From an uncultured Eubacteriales bacterium (GTDB lineage Bacteria; Bacillota; Clostridia; TANB77; CAG-508), in NCBI GenBank assembly GCA_949288175.1, contig CASEIV010000004.1, positions 32,023 through 96,022 on the forward strand: a stretch of 64,000 nt of DNA, given 5' to 3'. The stretch's first letter is position 1; the number at the start of each line of letters is the position of its first letter. Of this stretch, positions 46,044-54,563 are shown piece by piece. The notes under the pieces were generated by a model, which was given only the letters and a program-made list of their open reading frames with translations, searched no databases and was not told the DNA's origin. The position numbers and the translations under genes were made by a program.

Positions 46044-47093
46044 TTATCTTCCCTCATCTCTTACCAAAGATTCTTGATTTTTTTTACGCTCTAATAAATC
46101 TCTTGCAAAATTTCTTCTATACGCATACATTTGTGTTCCAAAATTAATATATACACTAGGCAATCCTTCACAATCTTCTAAATATCTTTTTATATGTTCA
46201 TCTGTGTTTTTACTTAATTGTTTTGTTAATATTTCTTCAGTCTCATGTGGATATGTCCTCATTAAATATGTAAGCATATCTTTATATGTTGAATGCTCCT
46301 TAGTTTCCCCTGGTACATGCATTATAGAAAAGAAAGTTTCTTCTGCTATATTTTCCATATTTTCACTTCTTAGTGCTTTTTCTATAAAGTCTTGATTTTC
46401 ATAAAGCCCTAACACTTTTTCATTATCATATAATGGATATAAATCGATATCTTGATTTGCTTTTATATGCATAGACCAATTTTCATCATGTCTATCATAG
46501 TTTCCATATAGACAATCATAAACTACCATTTCTATGATTCTTTTTCTAGTTTGTTCTATTTTGGATTGTATAAATTCTTCTGAATAATTTCCAGTAGTTC
46601 TATAAAAATCTTCTACTCTAAATGCAACAGCAGATAATACCAATTCTATATTATTATTTACATCTTGTTTTCTTCTCTCATCTTTTATAAATTCTCTATA
46701 TCTATCTTGGTTATTTTCTTCGAACCTTTCTATTGTAACTTTTCCTGTTTCTAATATATCATTTTGATTCAATTGACTATAAATGATACCCCCATCTTTT
46801 TCTATTGGTGTTCCATGGTATCTTTCCTTATGTATATCGGGATAATATTTACTAAGATGAGCTAACTCGGCTTTACAAGTGGGTATTCCTGCATTAGTAG
46901 CTAAAGCACTACCAATAACCTCTCCATAATGATTGCCACAAAAAACATCTTTATTTCCAGGTTCTTGTCTTTGTGGTTTAAACAAGCCTCTTTGAAATGT
47001 TTTAGTATCAATATACCATCTTTTTCCTTTTAGCATTCCTACTTTTTCAAAGTGATGTGGTATAAATCTGTCAATATTTCTAAATTTGAACAT
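46044..47093 (-). CDS. HipA-family kinase 2
   Basis: GLFKP (Lys), NHYGEVIG, YDCLYGNYDRHDENW, YPLYDNEK. Confidence 0.82.
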   Translation of the reverse strand: MFKFRNIDRFIPHHFEKVGMLKGKRWYIDTKTFQRGLFKPQRQEPGNKDVFCGNHYGEVIGSALATNAGIPTCKAELAHLSKYYPDIHKERYHGTPIEKDGGIIYSQLNQNDILETGKVTIERFEENNQDRYREFIKDERRKQDVNNNIELVLSAVAFRVEDFYRTTGNYSEEFIQSKIEQTRKRIIEMVVYDCLYGNYDRHDENWSMHIKANQDIDLYPLYDNEKVLGLYENQDFIEKALRSENMENIAEETFFSIMHVPGETKEHSTYKDMLTYLMRTYPHETEEILTKQLSKNTDEHIKRYLEDCEGLPSVYINFGTQMYAYRRNFARDLLERKKNQESLVRDEGR

Positions 47094-47094
47094 T

Positions 47095-47466
47095 TTATTT
47101 CTCCTCTTCTAATATATATTTATCTGTTACTAACATACCTTTTGTCTTTCTCAAATACTCAAACTCATCATATTCATCCATTTCTAACTCTTCTAATAAT
47201 TCTTTTAACTCCTCTTTCGTATATTTTTCAATTTTGGGTAATCTTACTTTAAATATAGCAAATATTTCAGTACTTTCATAAATCTTATCTAAGTCGTAAA
47301 AGGGCAATAAAGCTTTTGAAATTGCTTTTTCTTGAATTGCTTTTTCTACATGTTTCCTACTCATTTTAAAATAGTATTTTCCCTTTTCCTTATCTCTAAA
47401 TAATGCACCTATTAAATATTTTTTATTTGTTCGATAATCTATCCATTTTAAATATAAATACTCCAT
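47095..47466 (-). CDS. Small protein resembling the HipA N-terminal / HipS-like domain
   Basis: YLYLKW...KYLIGAL...YYFK...YESTEIFAIFKVRLP...YDEFEYLRKTKGMLVTD pattern. Confidence 0.55.
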   Translation of the reverse strand: MEYLYLKWIDYRTNKKYLIGALFRDKEKGKYYFKMSRKHVEKAIQEKAISKALLPFYDLDKIYESTEIFAIFKVRLPKIEKYTKEELKELLEELEMDEYDEFEYLRKTKGMLVTDKYILEEEK

Positions 47467-47478
47467 TTGTCCACCTCA

Positions 47479-48573
47479 TTATTCTATTTCCATTCCCTCA
47501 TGCTCTTTTCTATCTTTAAATTCTTTTACAATATCTGCTATTTCTTGTTGTCTTTCTAAAAATATTTTTTTAGCCAATTGCTTATGTTCTTCAGATAATC
47601 CAGGACATACTTCCAAAACTTCTTCTAAATGCGGAAAACTATATCTACCAATATCTTCTAATGCATCCATTGTTTCATCCGTATAATTTTCTAATAAATA
47701 CCTTAAAAACGTAGATAGTGTTGTATTGCTGACTTGTCCTGGTATTCCCATATAAGATGTCAAACTTTTTCCCTTAAATTTTTCATATTCTTTTTCACTT
47801 GACAAATATTTTATAACGTCATTTTTATCTTCTTGCATACCTAAGATTTGCTCATTATCAAAAAGTGGATAAAAATCTATTTCATTTGTAAGTTGGTTAA
47901 CTTTTACACCAAAATTTTCATCATTTCTATCTCTATTAGCAAACATCAAATCAAACACACACATATCAAAAAAATGTTTTCTCATCTGCGAAATTTTATC
48001 ACCTTGTCCCTGTTGGGTATAATATTCTTCTAAAGTTTTTAATATAATTTCAATATTCACATAATTTAGTTCTGAGTTTGTTTTACCTCTTTCCGTCATT
48101 TCTTTATATTTTTTAGGATTTTCTTCTCTAAAACTCTCAACAAGTTCAGCTAATGTTTTAAAATTTTCTTGTGGTTGAAGTTCATAATAACTTAAAACAC
48201 CTTCTACACTTATTGTTTTATTACTATATTTATTTTTTATATCTATTTCCCCTAAATCGACTTTACATACGTCTTTTCCTAATTGCTTTAAAATCAAATA
48301 AGCTATATATTCTGCATAATGGTTCGCACATTCTTTATTGTTTTTTAGTTTAGAATTATATCCTCTTACAGATTTAAACTCTCCTAATTTTAAAGCGTCT
48401 GTTGGACTCTTATAGGTCATTCTCGCATATACTTTTTCTTTACGTTGACTAACAGTCCTTCTTCCATCATACATGAGAAAATATCCATTTTTCGGCTTTA
48501 ATTCTTTCTGGACGCCTATTGGTTCATCTATTTCGTTTCCTACTTCTTTTAAACTTTTTACTGGTGGCAACAT
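47479..48573 (-). CDS. HipA-family kinase 1
   Basis: GEFKS (Lys), NHYAEYIA, FDLMFANRDRNDENF, YPLFDNEQ. Confidence 0.8.
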   Translation of the reverse strand: MLPPVKSLKEVGNEIDEPIGVQKELKPKNGYFLMYDGRRTVSQRKEKVYARMTYKSPTDALKLGEFKSVRGYNSKLKNNKECANHYAEYIAYLILKQLGKDVCKVDLGEIDIKNKYSNKTISVEGVLSYYELQPQENFKTLAELVESFREENPKKYKEMTERGKTNSELNYVNIEIILKTLEEYYTQQGQGDKISQMRKHFFDMCVFDLMFANRDRNDENFGVKVNQLTNEIDFYPLFDNEQILGMQEDKNDVIKYLSSEKEYEKFKGKSLTSYMGIPGQVSNTTLSTFLRYLLENYTDETMDALEDIGRYSFPHLEEVLEVCPGLSEEHKQLAKKIFLERQQEIADIVKEFKDRKEHEGMEIE

Positions 48574-48600
48574 ATTTACTCCTTTTCATATACTATATCT

Positions 48601-48628
48601 ATTTTACCATAATTTATGGAAAAATCAA
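48601..48628 (-). promoter_or_regulatory. Extended -10 sigma-A promoter with palindromic operator
   Basis: TTGATT-N16-TAAAAT with TGn; the spacer holds the perfect palindrome CCATAA-T-TTATGG (48607-48619). Confidence 0.6.
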
Positions 48629-48679
48629 GTAATTGAGTTTTATTGTTTTATGTAAATTTGGATAATAGATATAGCAAAC

Positions 48680-48711
48680 AAAAAACTACTAAAATAAATT
48701 AGTAGTTTTTT
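48680..48711 (-). terminator. Terminator after ABC permease
   Basis: AAAAAACTACTAA-AATAAA-TTAGTAGTTTTTT. Confidence 0.75.
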
Positions 48712-48713
48712 GC

Positions 48714-49520
48714 TTACTGAAATTTTTTAGATTTCAATATGATTTTTTCTAATAATAATACAGCTAAATACATCAATCCTGCCACAACACCAAGTATAAT
48801 CACACTTGCCATAACTAAATCTAGTTTAAACACTTGCCCTCCATATACAATCAAATATCCTAAACCTGCTTTAGATACTAAAAATTCTCCTGAGATGACA
48901 CCTACTAAAGAAAGTCCAATACTAACTTTTAAAGAATTGATAAAAGTAGAAATATTGGCTGGTATAACAATTTTCGTTAGTATTTGAAATTTCGTAGCTT
49001 TAAAAGTTTTTGCCATTTTGATTAAATCTTTATCTGTTTTTATAAATCCATTTAGATTTTCTAATATGGTAACAACTAATGAAATCGCCACTGCCATCAC
49101 AATAATAGCTGGTGTTCCTGCTCCTACCCATATAATAATCACAGGTCCTAAAGCAACCTTTGGCAAACTATTTAGTACAACTAAATAAGGTTCTAACACA
49201 TCTGAAAGAAATCTAGACCACCATAACATAATGGCGATAATCGTTCCTAAAATGGTTCCTAATAAAAATCCGACAACTGTTTCATAAACCGTAACACCAA
49301 TATGTGTTAATAAATCATTAGAGCCCAAGTTAGTTAGTGTTTCCCATATTCTACTTGGCTGACTCATGATAAAACTATCAATCACATTCATATCAGCTAA
49401 TATTTCCCATATAGCTAAAAAGCCAACGAATATTGCTACCTGTGTTGTAAATACCAGTATTTTTCTTTTTCGATTATGTTTGATATATTGTTTTCTTTCC
49501 TGTGATAAAGCATTATTCAT
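48714..49520 (-). CDS. ABC transporter permease (SsuC/TauC/NitT type)
   Basis: LNSLPKVALGP, EAA-like DLIKMAKTFKA, GEFLVSKAGLGY. Confidence 0.93.
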   Translation of the reverse strand: MNNALSQERKQYIKHNRKRKILVFTTQVAIFVGFLAIWEILADMNVIDSFIMSQPSRIWETLTNLGSNDLLTHIGVTVYETVVGFLLGTILGTIIAIMLWWSRFLSDVLEPYLVVLNSLPKVALGPVIIIWVGAGTPAIIVMAVAISLVVTILENLNGFIKTDKDLIKMAKTFKATKFQILTKIVIPANISTFINSLKVSIGLSLVGVISGEFLVSKAGLGYLIVYGGQVFKLDLVMASVIILGVVAGLMYLAVLLLEKIILKSKKFQ

Positions 49521-50280
49521 CAACACCCAACTCCTTCCATAAAGTGTTAAAATATCCACTAAATTTTGGACTTTCCCTTACATTGATAGGATTTCTATTT
49601 TCCATTTCAAAATTAATTGTATATATATCTTTCACTTTTCCTGGTCTTTTGGTTAATACCACAACTCTATCAGACATACTTATGGCTTCTGAAATATCAT
49701 GTGTGACAATAATCGCTGTCATATTTTCTTTTCTTAATATTGAATAAATATCATTTGTTACCATGATTCTTGTTTGATAATCCAATGCCGAAAAGGCTTC
49801 ATCTAATAATAAAATTTTGGGTTTTGTTGCTAAAGTTCTAATTAAAGCTGCTCTCTGTCTCATTCCTCCAGATAGCTCAGACGGATATTTATTTTTAAAA
49901 TCGTAAAGATTATATTTTTTTAATAAATTCTCTACATAGTTTTTATTTTTTTCATCTAATTTTCTTTTTAGTTCTAACCCTAATATGCTATTACTCCATA
50001 TATTTCTCCATTCTAACAAGCAATCTTTTTGTAGCATATATCCCACTTCTTCTGAAATACCTTCTACTTTTTTGTTTTCTATGTAGATTTCTCCTTTTGT
50101 TTTTTCTTCTAATCCACTAATGATAGATAACAGAGTAGATTTTCCACATCCACTAGGACCTATAATAGATACAAATTCTCCTTCTTTTACTCTAAAATGA
50201 ATATTATCTAGTGCTAAAATTTCCCCTTCTTTACTTTGATAAGTTTTACAAATATTTTTTATTTCTAATATGGTTTTCAT
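49513..50280 (-). CDS. ABC transporter ATP-binding protein (SsuB/TauB type)
   Basis: GPSGCGKST, LSGGMRQR, LLDEAFSALD, VTHD. Confidence 0.96.
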   Translation of the reverse strand: MKTILEIKNICKTYQSKEGEILALDNIHFRVKEGEFVSIIGPSGCGKSTLLSIISGLEEKTKGEIYIENKKVEGISEEVGYMLQKDCLLEWRNIWSNSILGLELKRKLDEKNKNYVENLLKKYNLYDFKNKYPSELSGGMRQRAALIRTLATKPKILLLDEAFSALDYQTRIMVTNDIYSILRKENMTAIIVTHDISEAISMSDRVVVLTKRPGKVKDIYTINFEMENRNPINVRESPKFSGYFNTLWKELGVDE

Positions 50281-50380
50281 CTAGTCTCATTCCTTTCTAA
50301 TCTTTTGATACATCTGTCATGTATTCCGCCACTAATATATTTTATGTAAAACAAGCAGATATGGTGTATTATTGCAGTAC

Positions 50381-50545
50381 AACAAGTGAATCCTAGATAT
50401 ATCATAATTATTTTTGAAACACCGCGTAAGCGACCAAACGAGCGATAGCGAGTGCGATTGGAGAAACCAACGATTATTTGTATTTAGTGGTTGCGACACA
50501 CAAGGTGTAAAAAAATAATTATGATATATCTAGGATTCACTTGTT
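50381..50545. repeat. Structured repeat: 35-bp perfect IR enclosing the GCGTAAGCGA...GCGACACACAA core
   Basis: Arms 50381-50415 and 50511-50545; core shared with 56358-56495. Confidence 0.9.
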
Positions 50546-50564
50546 ATAGTAGATAAAAATATAT

Positions 50565-51191
50565 CTAATTTTCTATATATATTAAATCCTCTAATATGGT
50601 ATTTTTCATTTTTGGTAGTTTTGAAAATTTTGATACATTCATTAAATTATATTTTAATTCTAATATATGATTATCATAGGTTGTCATTTGAAAACATTGT
50701 TTCATTGTTTTTCCATAATGATATGTATTTTCTTTAACACATATCACAATGGGAATAATACTTATATTTCTGATATCTTCTTGCTTACACTTCTGAATAA
50801 TTTTTATGCATTCCTGTAAAATAGAATACGGTAAATCTGTAGAAATTTCTTGTTGATATATAATCACATAAAATATTTTTTTATCTAAGTGTTTATATAT
50901 AATTTTTATCCCTTTCTTACTTTTGTAAAAATCAATATACACTAATTTTTCTTTTTCTATTTTTCCATAAGAATTTGAAAAAGAATTAAGAAAAACACAG
51001 ATTCTTTCTTTGTCTTTAAATAAATATTCAATGATTCCTTTATATTTTGCTTCCCAATGATTTCCTACTAAAATGCTATATTTTTCACTTTCTTCTTGTA
51101 AATCTAAATAATCTTTTTGTTTAATATTATGGATACACTGAATATAATTTTTATACGTAAACTGATATATGACATTATCACCTCCTTGCAA
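50565..51191 (-). CDS. Degenerate Rpn/YhgA-like (PD-(D/E)xK) protein, possibly a pseudogene
   Basis: IIYKHLDKKIFYVIIYQ...DLPYSI...IIPIVI resembles Rpn motifs with catalytic residues lost; the best RBS/ATG is out of frame. Confidence 0.45.
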   Translation of the reverse strand: MQGGDNVIYQFTYKNYIQCIHNIKQKDYLDLQEESEKYSILVGNHWEAKYKGIIEYLFKDKERICVFLNSFSNSYGKIEKEKLVYIDFYKSKKGIKIIYKHLDKKIFYVIIYQQEISTDLPYSILQECIKIIQKCKQEDIRNISIIPIVICVKENTYHYGKTMKQCFQMTTYDNHILELKYNLMNVSKFSKLPKMKNTILEDLIYIEN

Positions 51192-51396
51192 ATTAAATTT
51201 TAAACTGATTTTTGGAAATTTTTTGATATTAAAATTTATGATAAAATTAAAAAAATATATAAATTAAATTATGTATATTAAATCACAAAAATGTAAAAAA
51301 TTCAAGCATTTTATGTTTTTTCGTATAATAAACGTAATGAAAGGCTATTTCAATTCATCATCTGAAATAGCCTTTTACCCTTTTTCTATTTGAAAT

Positions 51397-52113
51397 TTAA
51401 TTAGATATTTTTTTCACTTCTTCTTTTGACAAATATCTCCATTTTCCGAGTTCTATATCTTTTACTCCAATACCTGCAATGGCACTTCTATGTAATGCAA
51501 GTACTTTATATCCAATCGCTTCACACATTTTTCTAACTTGTCTATTTTTTCCTTCATGAATAATAATTTCTAATCTTGTTATTTGTTTTTCTTCATCTGT
51601 TTTTAAAATCTTTACTTTAGCAGGCTTTGTGATATATCCGCCAATATCCACACCTGTTCTTAAAGCTTCTACTTTTTCTTTACTAACAATTCCTTTTAAA
51701 GTAACGGTATAGGTTTTGTTAATTTCATGTTTGGGATGTGTCACTTTATACACAAAATCTCCATCATTTGTAAGAATTAAAGCTCCTGATGTATACATAT
51801 CTAATCTGCCTACTGGTACTAATCTTTCTTTTACTTTTACCAAGTCAAAAACAGAATCACGGTCAAATTGGTCTTTTACAGTTGTTACATATCCAATTGG
51901 TTTGTTTAGCAAAATATAGATTTTCTTATTTTCGATTTGTACAATTTTATTTTCATATGTCACTTCATCTTTTCCAGGTTGTACTTTTGTTCCAAGTTCT
52001 GTTACCACTTTTCCATTTACTTGAACTTTTCCTTGCAAGATGAGTTCTTCTGCTTTTCTTCTTGATGCAATTCCTGCTTCTGCTAGATATTTTTGTAATC
52101 GTATTTCTTCCAA
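51397..52113 (-). CDS. rluB: Ribosomal large subunit pseudouridine synthase, RluB/RsuA family
   Basis: S4 domain RLQKYLAEAGIASRRKAE, VGRLD, EGKNRQVRKM; TTG start with AGGAG RBS. Confidence 0.85.
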   Translation of the reverse strand: MEEIRLQKYLAEAGIASRRKAEELILQGKVQVNGKVVTELGTKVQPGKDEVTYENKIVQIENKKIYILLNKPIGYVTTVKDQFDRDSVFDLVKVKERLVPVGRLDMYTSGALILTNDGDFVYKVTHPKHEINKTYTVTLKGIVSKEKVEALRTGVDIGGYITKPAKVKILKTDEEKQITRLEIIIHEGKNRQVRKMCEAIGYKVLALHRSAIAGIGVKDIELGKWRYLSKEEVKKISN

Positions 52114-52138
52114 AAACGATGCTCCTTTCTTTTTTATA

Positions 52139-53038
52139 TTACAATTCTGGTATTCCGGGTATAGATGGTGATTCTGGTATTTCAGATGCTTCGAATATAT
52201 CATCCCCTTGTATACCATGTTCTTCATTGGCTTTATGCTGTTTACTTGCAATATAATTATCTACATTCATTTTCATTCTTTTTGGTGAAAGTCCCATTCT
52301 AAGTTTTCGTGTAAGCCCCTTTTCTGCATTAAAATACATTCTAACTTCTCTATTAAAATAGGGATCTCCTTTTAATTCTAATCCATTAGATACATCATCT
52401 TGAATAGTTTCATTATATATTATCCAAAGACTTATTCCTTGTTTATCCGGGCATCCTTGCTTAATATATTCATCATATCTTCTCAAAGTTTCTGGTGAAT
52501 ATACCTCTACACCTTTTCTGATTTCTATCTCTTCTTGTTCTAATGGATTTTGCGTTTGCAATGTATTTACAAATTCTAAAAAATATCCTAATTGCATAAC
52601 TGGGTCCAATTTTCTAGTATCTAATTCTATTCCAGCAAATGGATAACGTTTATAGTATTCTCTGTAACTACTTATATCTGTTGTCCAGTATTCATTAAAT
52701 ATCTGATACGGTCTTACTTTCTTATTCCTTTTTGATGGTATATCTTCATATAATTCTTCGTAATCAAATGGATTTTCTGGATTCTCAATACAAACTACAT
52801 GATTGGGATACACCATATTCATAGCATGTAATATATCTGTATTCATACCATTTAATTGACTTTTATCTATTAAAAGCATCACTCTATTGCCTTGTTTTAA
52901 TAATCTTATCCCTTTTATATTTTTTCTATCTAATACTTCTAATATAGGTTGGAGATATTTTTCCGTTACACCTTCTATATTCTTCTTATCTGACACTTGT
53001 AATATAGCTTGTAATTGTTGTTCACTAAGTTCTTGCAT
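52139..53038 (-). CDS. Hypothetical protein, 299 aa
   Basis: GGAGG RBS, full ORF; no family recognised. Confidence 0.75.
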   Translation of the reverse strand: MQELSEQQLQAILQVSDKKNIEGVTEKYLQPILEVLDRKNIKGIRLLKQGNRVMLLIDKSQLNGMNTDILHAMNMVYPNHVVCIENPENPFDYEELYEDIPSKRNKKVRPYQIFNEYWTTDISSYREYYKRYPFAGIELDTRKLDPVMQLGYFLEFVNTLQTQNPLEQEEIEIRKGVEVYSPETLRRYDEYIKQGCPDKQGISLWIIYNETIQDDVSNGLELKGDPYFNREVRMYFNAEKGLTRKLRMGLSPKRMKMNVDNYIASKQHKANEEHGIQGDDIFEASEIPESPSIPGIPEL

Positions 53039-53053
53039 ATCCTTCCTCCATCC

Positions 53054-53965
53054 TTATATTCTTTTTCTGCCTTCTAGGTCTTCTAAAATATTTTTGAAAT
53101 ATTGAGGCAATTCTGCTTCTAAATACATCTTTTCTCCTGTTACTGGATGTATAAATTCCAAGCTTTTTGCATGTAAACATTGTCCTTTCACATTCCATTC
53201 ATTTTTTCCATTCGAATATACTTCATCTCCAACAATCGGATATCCAATTTGTGATAAGTGAACTCTAATTTGATGTGTTCTTCCTGTTTCTATGTTTACT
53301 TGTAATAATGTATATTTATCATATCTTTCTAACACCTTAAAATGCGTAATGGCTTCTTTTCCTTTTTTGGTAACAGCCATTTTCTTTCTATCTTTTTCAC
53401 TTCTTCCAATTGGCATATTAATGGTTGCTTCATTTTCTTTTACCAATCCTCTTACTAAAGCAATATATGTCTTTTTGACTTTATGTTCTTTTATTTGTTC
53501 ACTTAAATGTATATGTGCTTTATCATTCTTGGCTATGACGATAATTCCCGATGTATCTTTATCTAATCTATGTACAATTCCTGGTCTAATTTCTCCTCCA
53601 ATTCCTGATAAAGACTCTTTACAAATTGCCATAATAGCATTTACCAATGTTCCATCTGGATTTCCATTTGCAGGATGTACTACCATCCCTTTTGGTTTAT
53701 TCACAACAATGATATCCTTATCTTCGTAAATAATATCTAAGGGAATGTCTTGTGCTTTTAAAGATACCTCTACTGGTACCTCCTCTTCTACTTCTATTTT
53801 ATCACCAGCTTGTACTTTGTAGGATGCTTTTATAGCTTTGCCGTTTACCAATACTTTTCCATTGGCAATTAATCTTTGTATCGCAACTCTTGATGTATCT
53901 TCAAGTTTTTCTGATAAATATGCATCAATTCTTTTGTTTTCACTTTCTACTTCAAAATACTTCAT
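53054..53965 (-). CDS. rluD: RluD-type pseudouridine synthase
   Basis: S4 domain, GIVHRLDKDTSG, ETGRTHQIRVH; follows lspA. Confidence 0.9.
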   Translation of the reverse strand: MKYFEVESENKRIDAYLSEKLEDTSRVAIQRLIANGKVLVNGKAIKASYKVQAGDKIEVEEEVPVEVSLKAQDIPLDIIYEDKDIIVVNKPKGMVVHPANGNPDGTLVNAIMAICKESLSGIGGEIRPGIVHRLDKDTSGIIVIAKNDKAHIHLSEQIKEHKVKKTYIALVRGLVKENEATINMPIGRSEKDRKKMAVTKKGKEAITHFKVLERYDKYTLLQVNIETGRTHQIRVHLSQIGYPIVGDEVYSNGKNEWNVKGQCLHAKSLEFIHPVTGEKMYLEAELPQYFKNILEDLEGRKRI

Positions 53966-53995
53966 TTATTGTTCTATCCTTTCTTTCCTTTTTCT

Positions 53996-54517
53996 CTACA
54001 AATTGGTATTACCTTTATTTTCTGTTTTCTCTTCTGCATCTGTTTTTGATTTCTTTTTAGTCAATTCTTTTGCTGAAAAAGAAGCAAATATAGCCACAAA
54101 AGATACCCAACCAATTAAAATACAAACATCTGCCATATTAAATGCTGGAAAGTTTCCAATATTAATAAATTCTACCACACTTCCTCTACATAGCCTGTCA
54201 ATGATGTTACTAACACCTCCAGCAAAAGCAAAACTTAACAATATTTTTGTTTTTTTCGTTACAAATTGATTATCGCTTTTTATAATTCCGAAGATAATCG
54301 CTACAATCACTAAATTTGTTAATATAGTTACTCCTCTAGAAGTTTCATCATACATACTATTTTGCATTTCTGTTGGTTTTAGTACAATTTTATCAGATAT
54401 CCATGTTATTTCTCCATAATGTATAACAAGAACTTTAGATAATTGGTCTATAAATATGATAAGAAATATCATGATAGCTAGTATCAGATACAATTTTTTC
54501 TTTTCCTTTTTTTTCAT
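53996..54517 (-). CDS. lspA: Signal peptidase II homologue, divergent
   Basis: IDQLSK, GGVSNIIDRL, VVEF (normally VVDF), FNMAD; lspA-rluD synteny. Confidence 0.8.
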   Translation of the reverse strand: MKKKEKKKLYLILAIMIFLIIFIDQLSKVLVIHYGEITWISDKIVLKPTEMQNSMYDETSRGVTILTNLVIVAIIFGIIKSDNQFVTKKTKILLSFAFAGGVSNIIDRLCRGSVVEFINIGNFPAFNMADVCILIGWVSFVAIFASFSAKELTKKKSKTDAEEKTENKGNTNL

Positions 54518-54563
54518 AAATCCCTCTCTTTTTATTGTATAATCTACAAGCACACACACTTTT

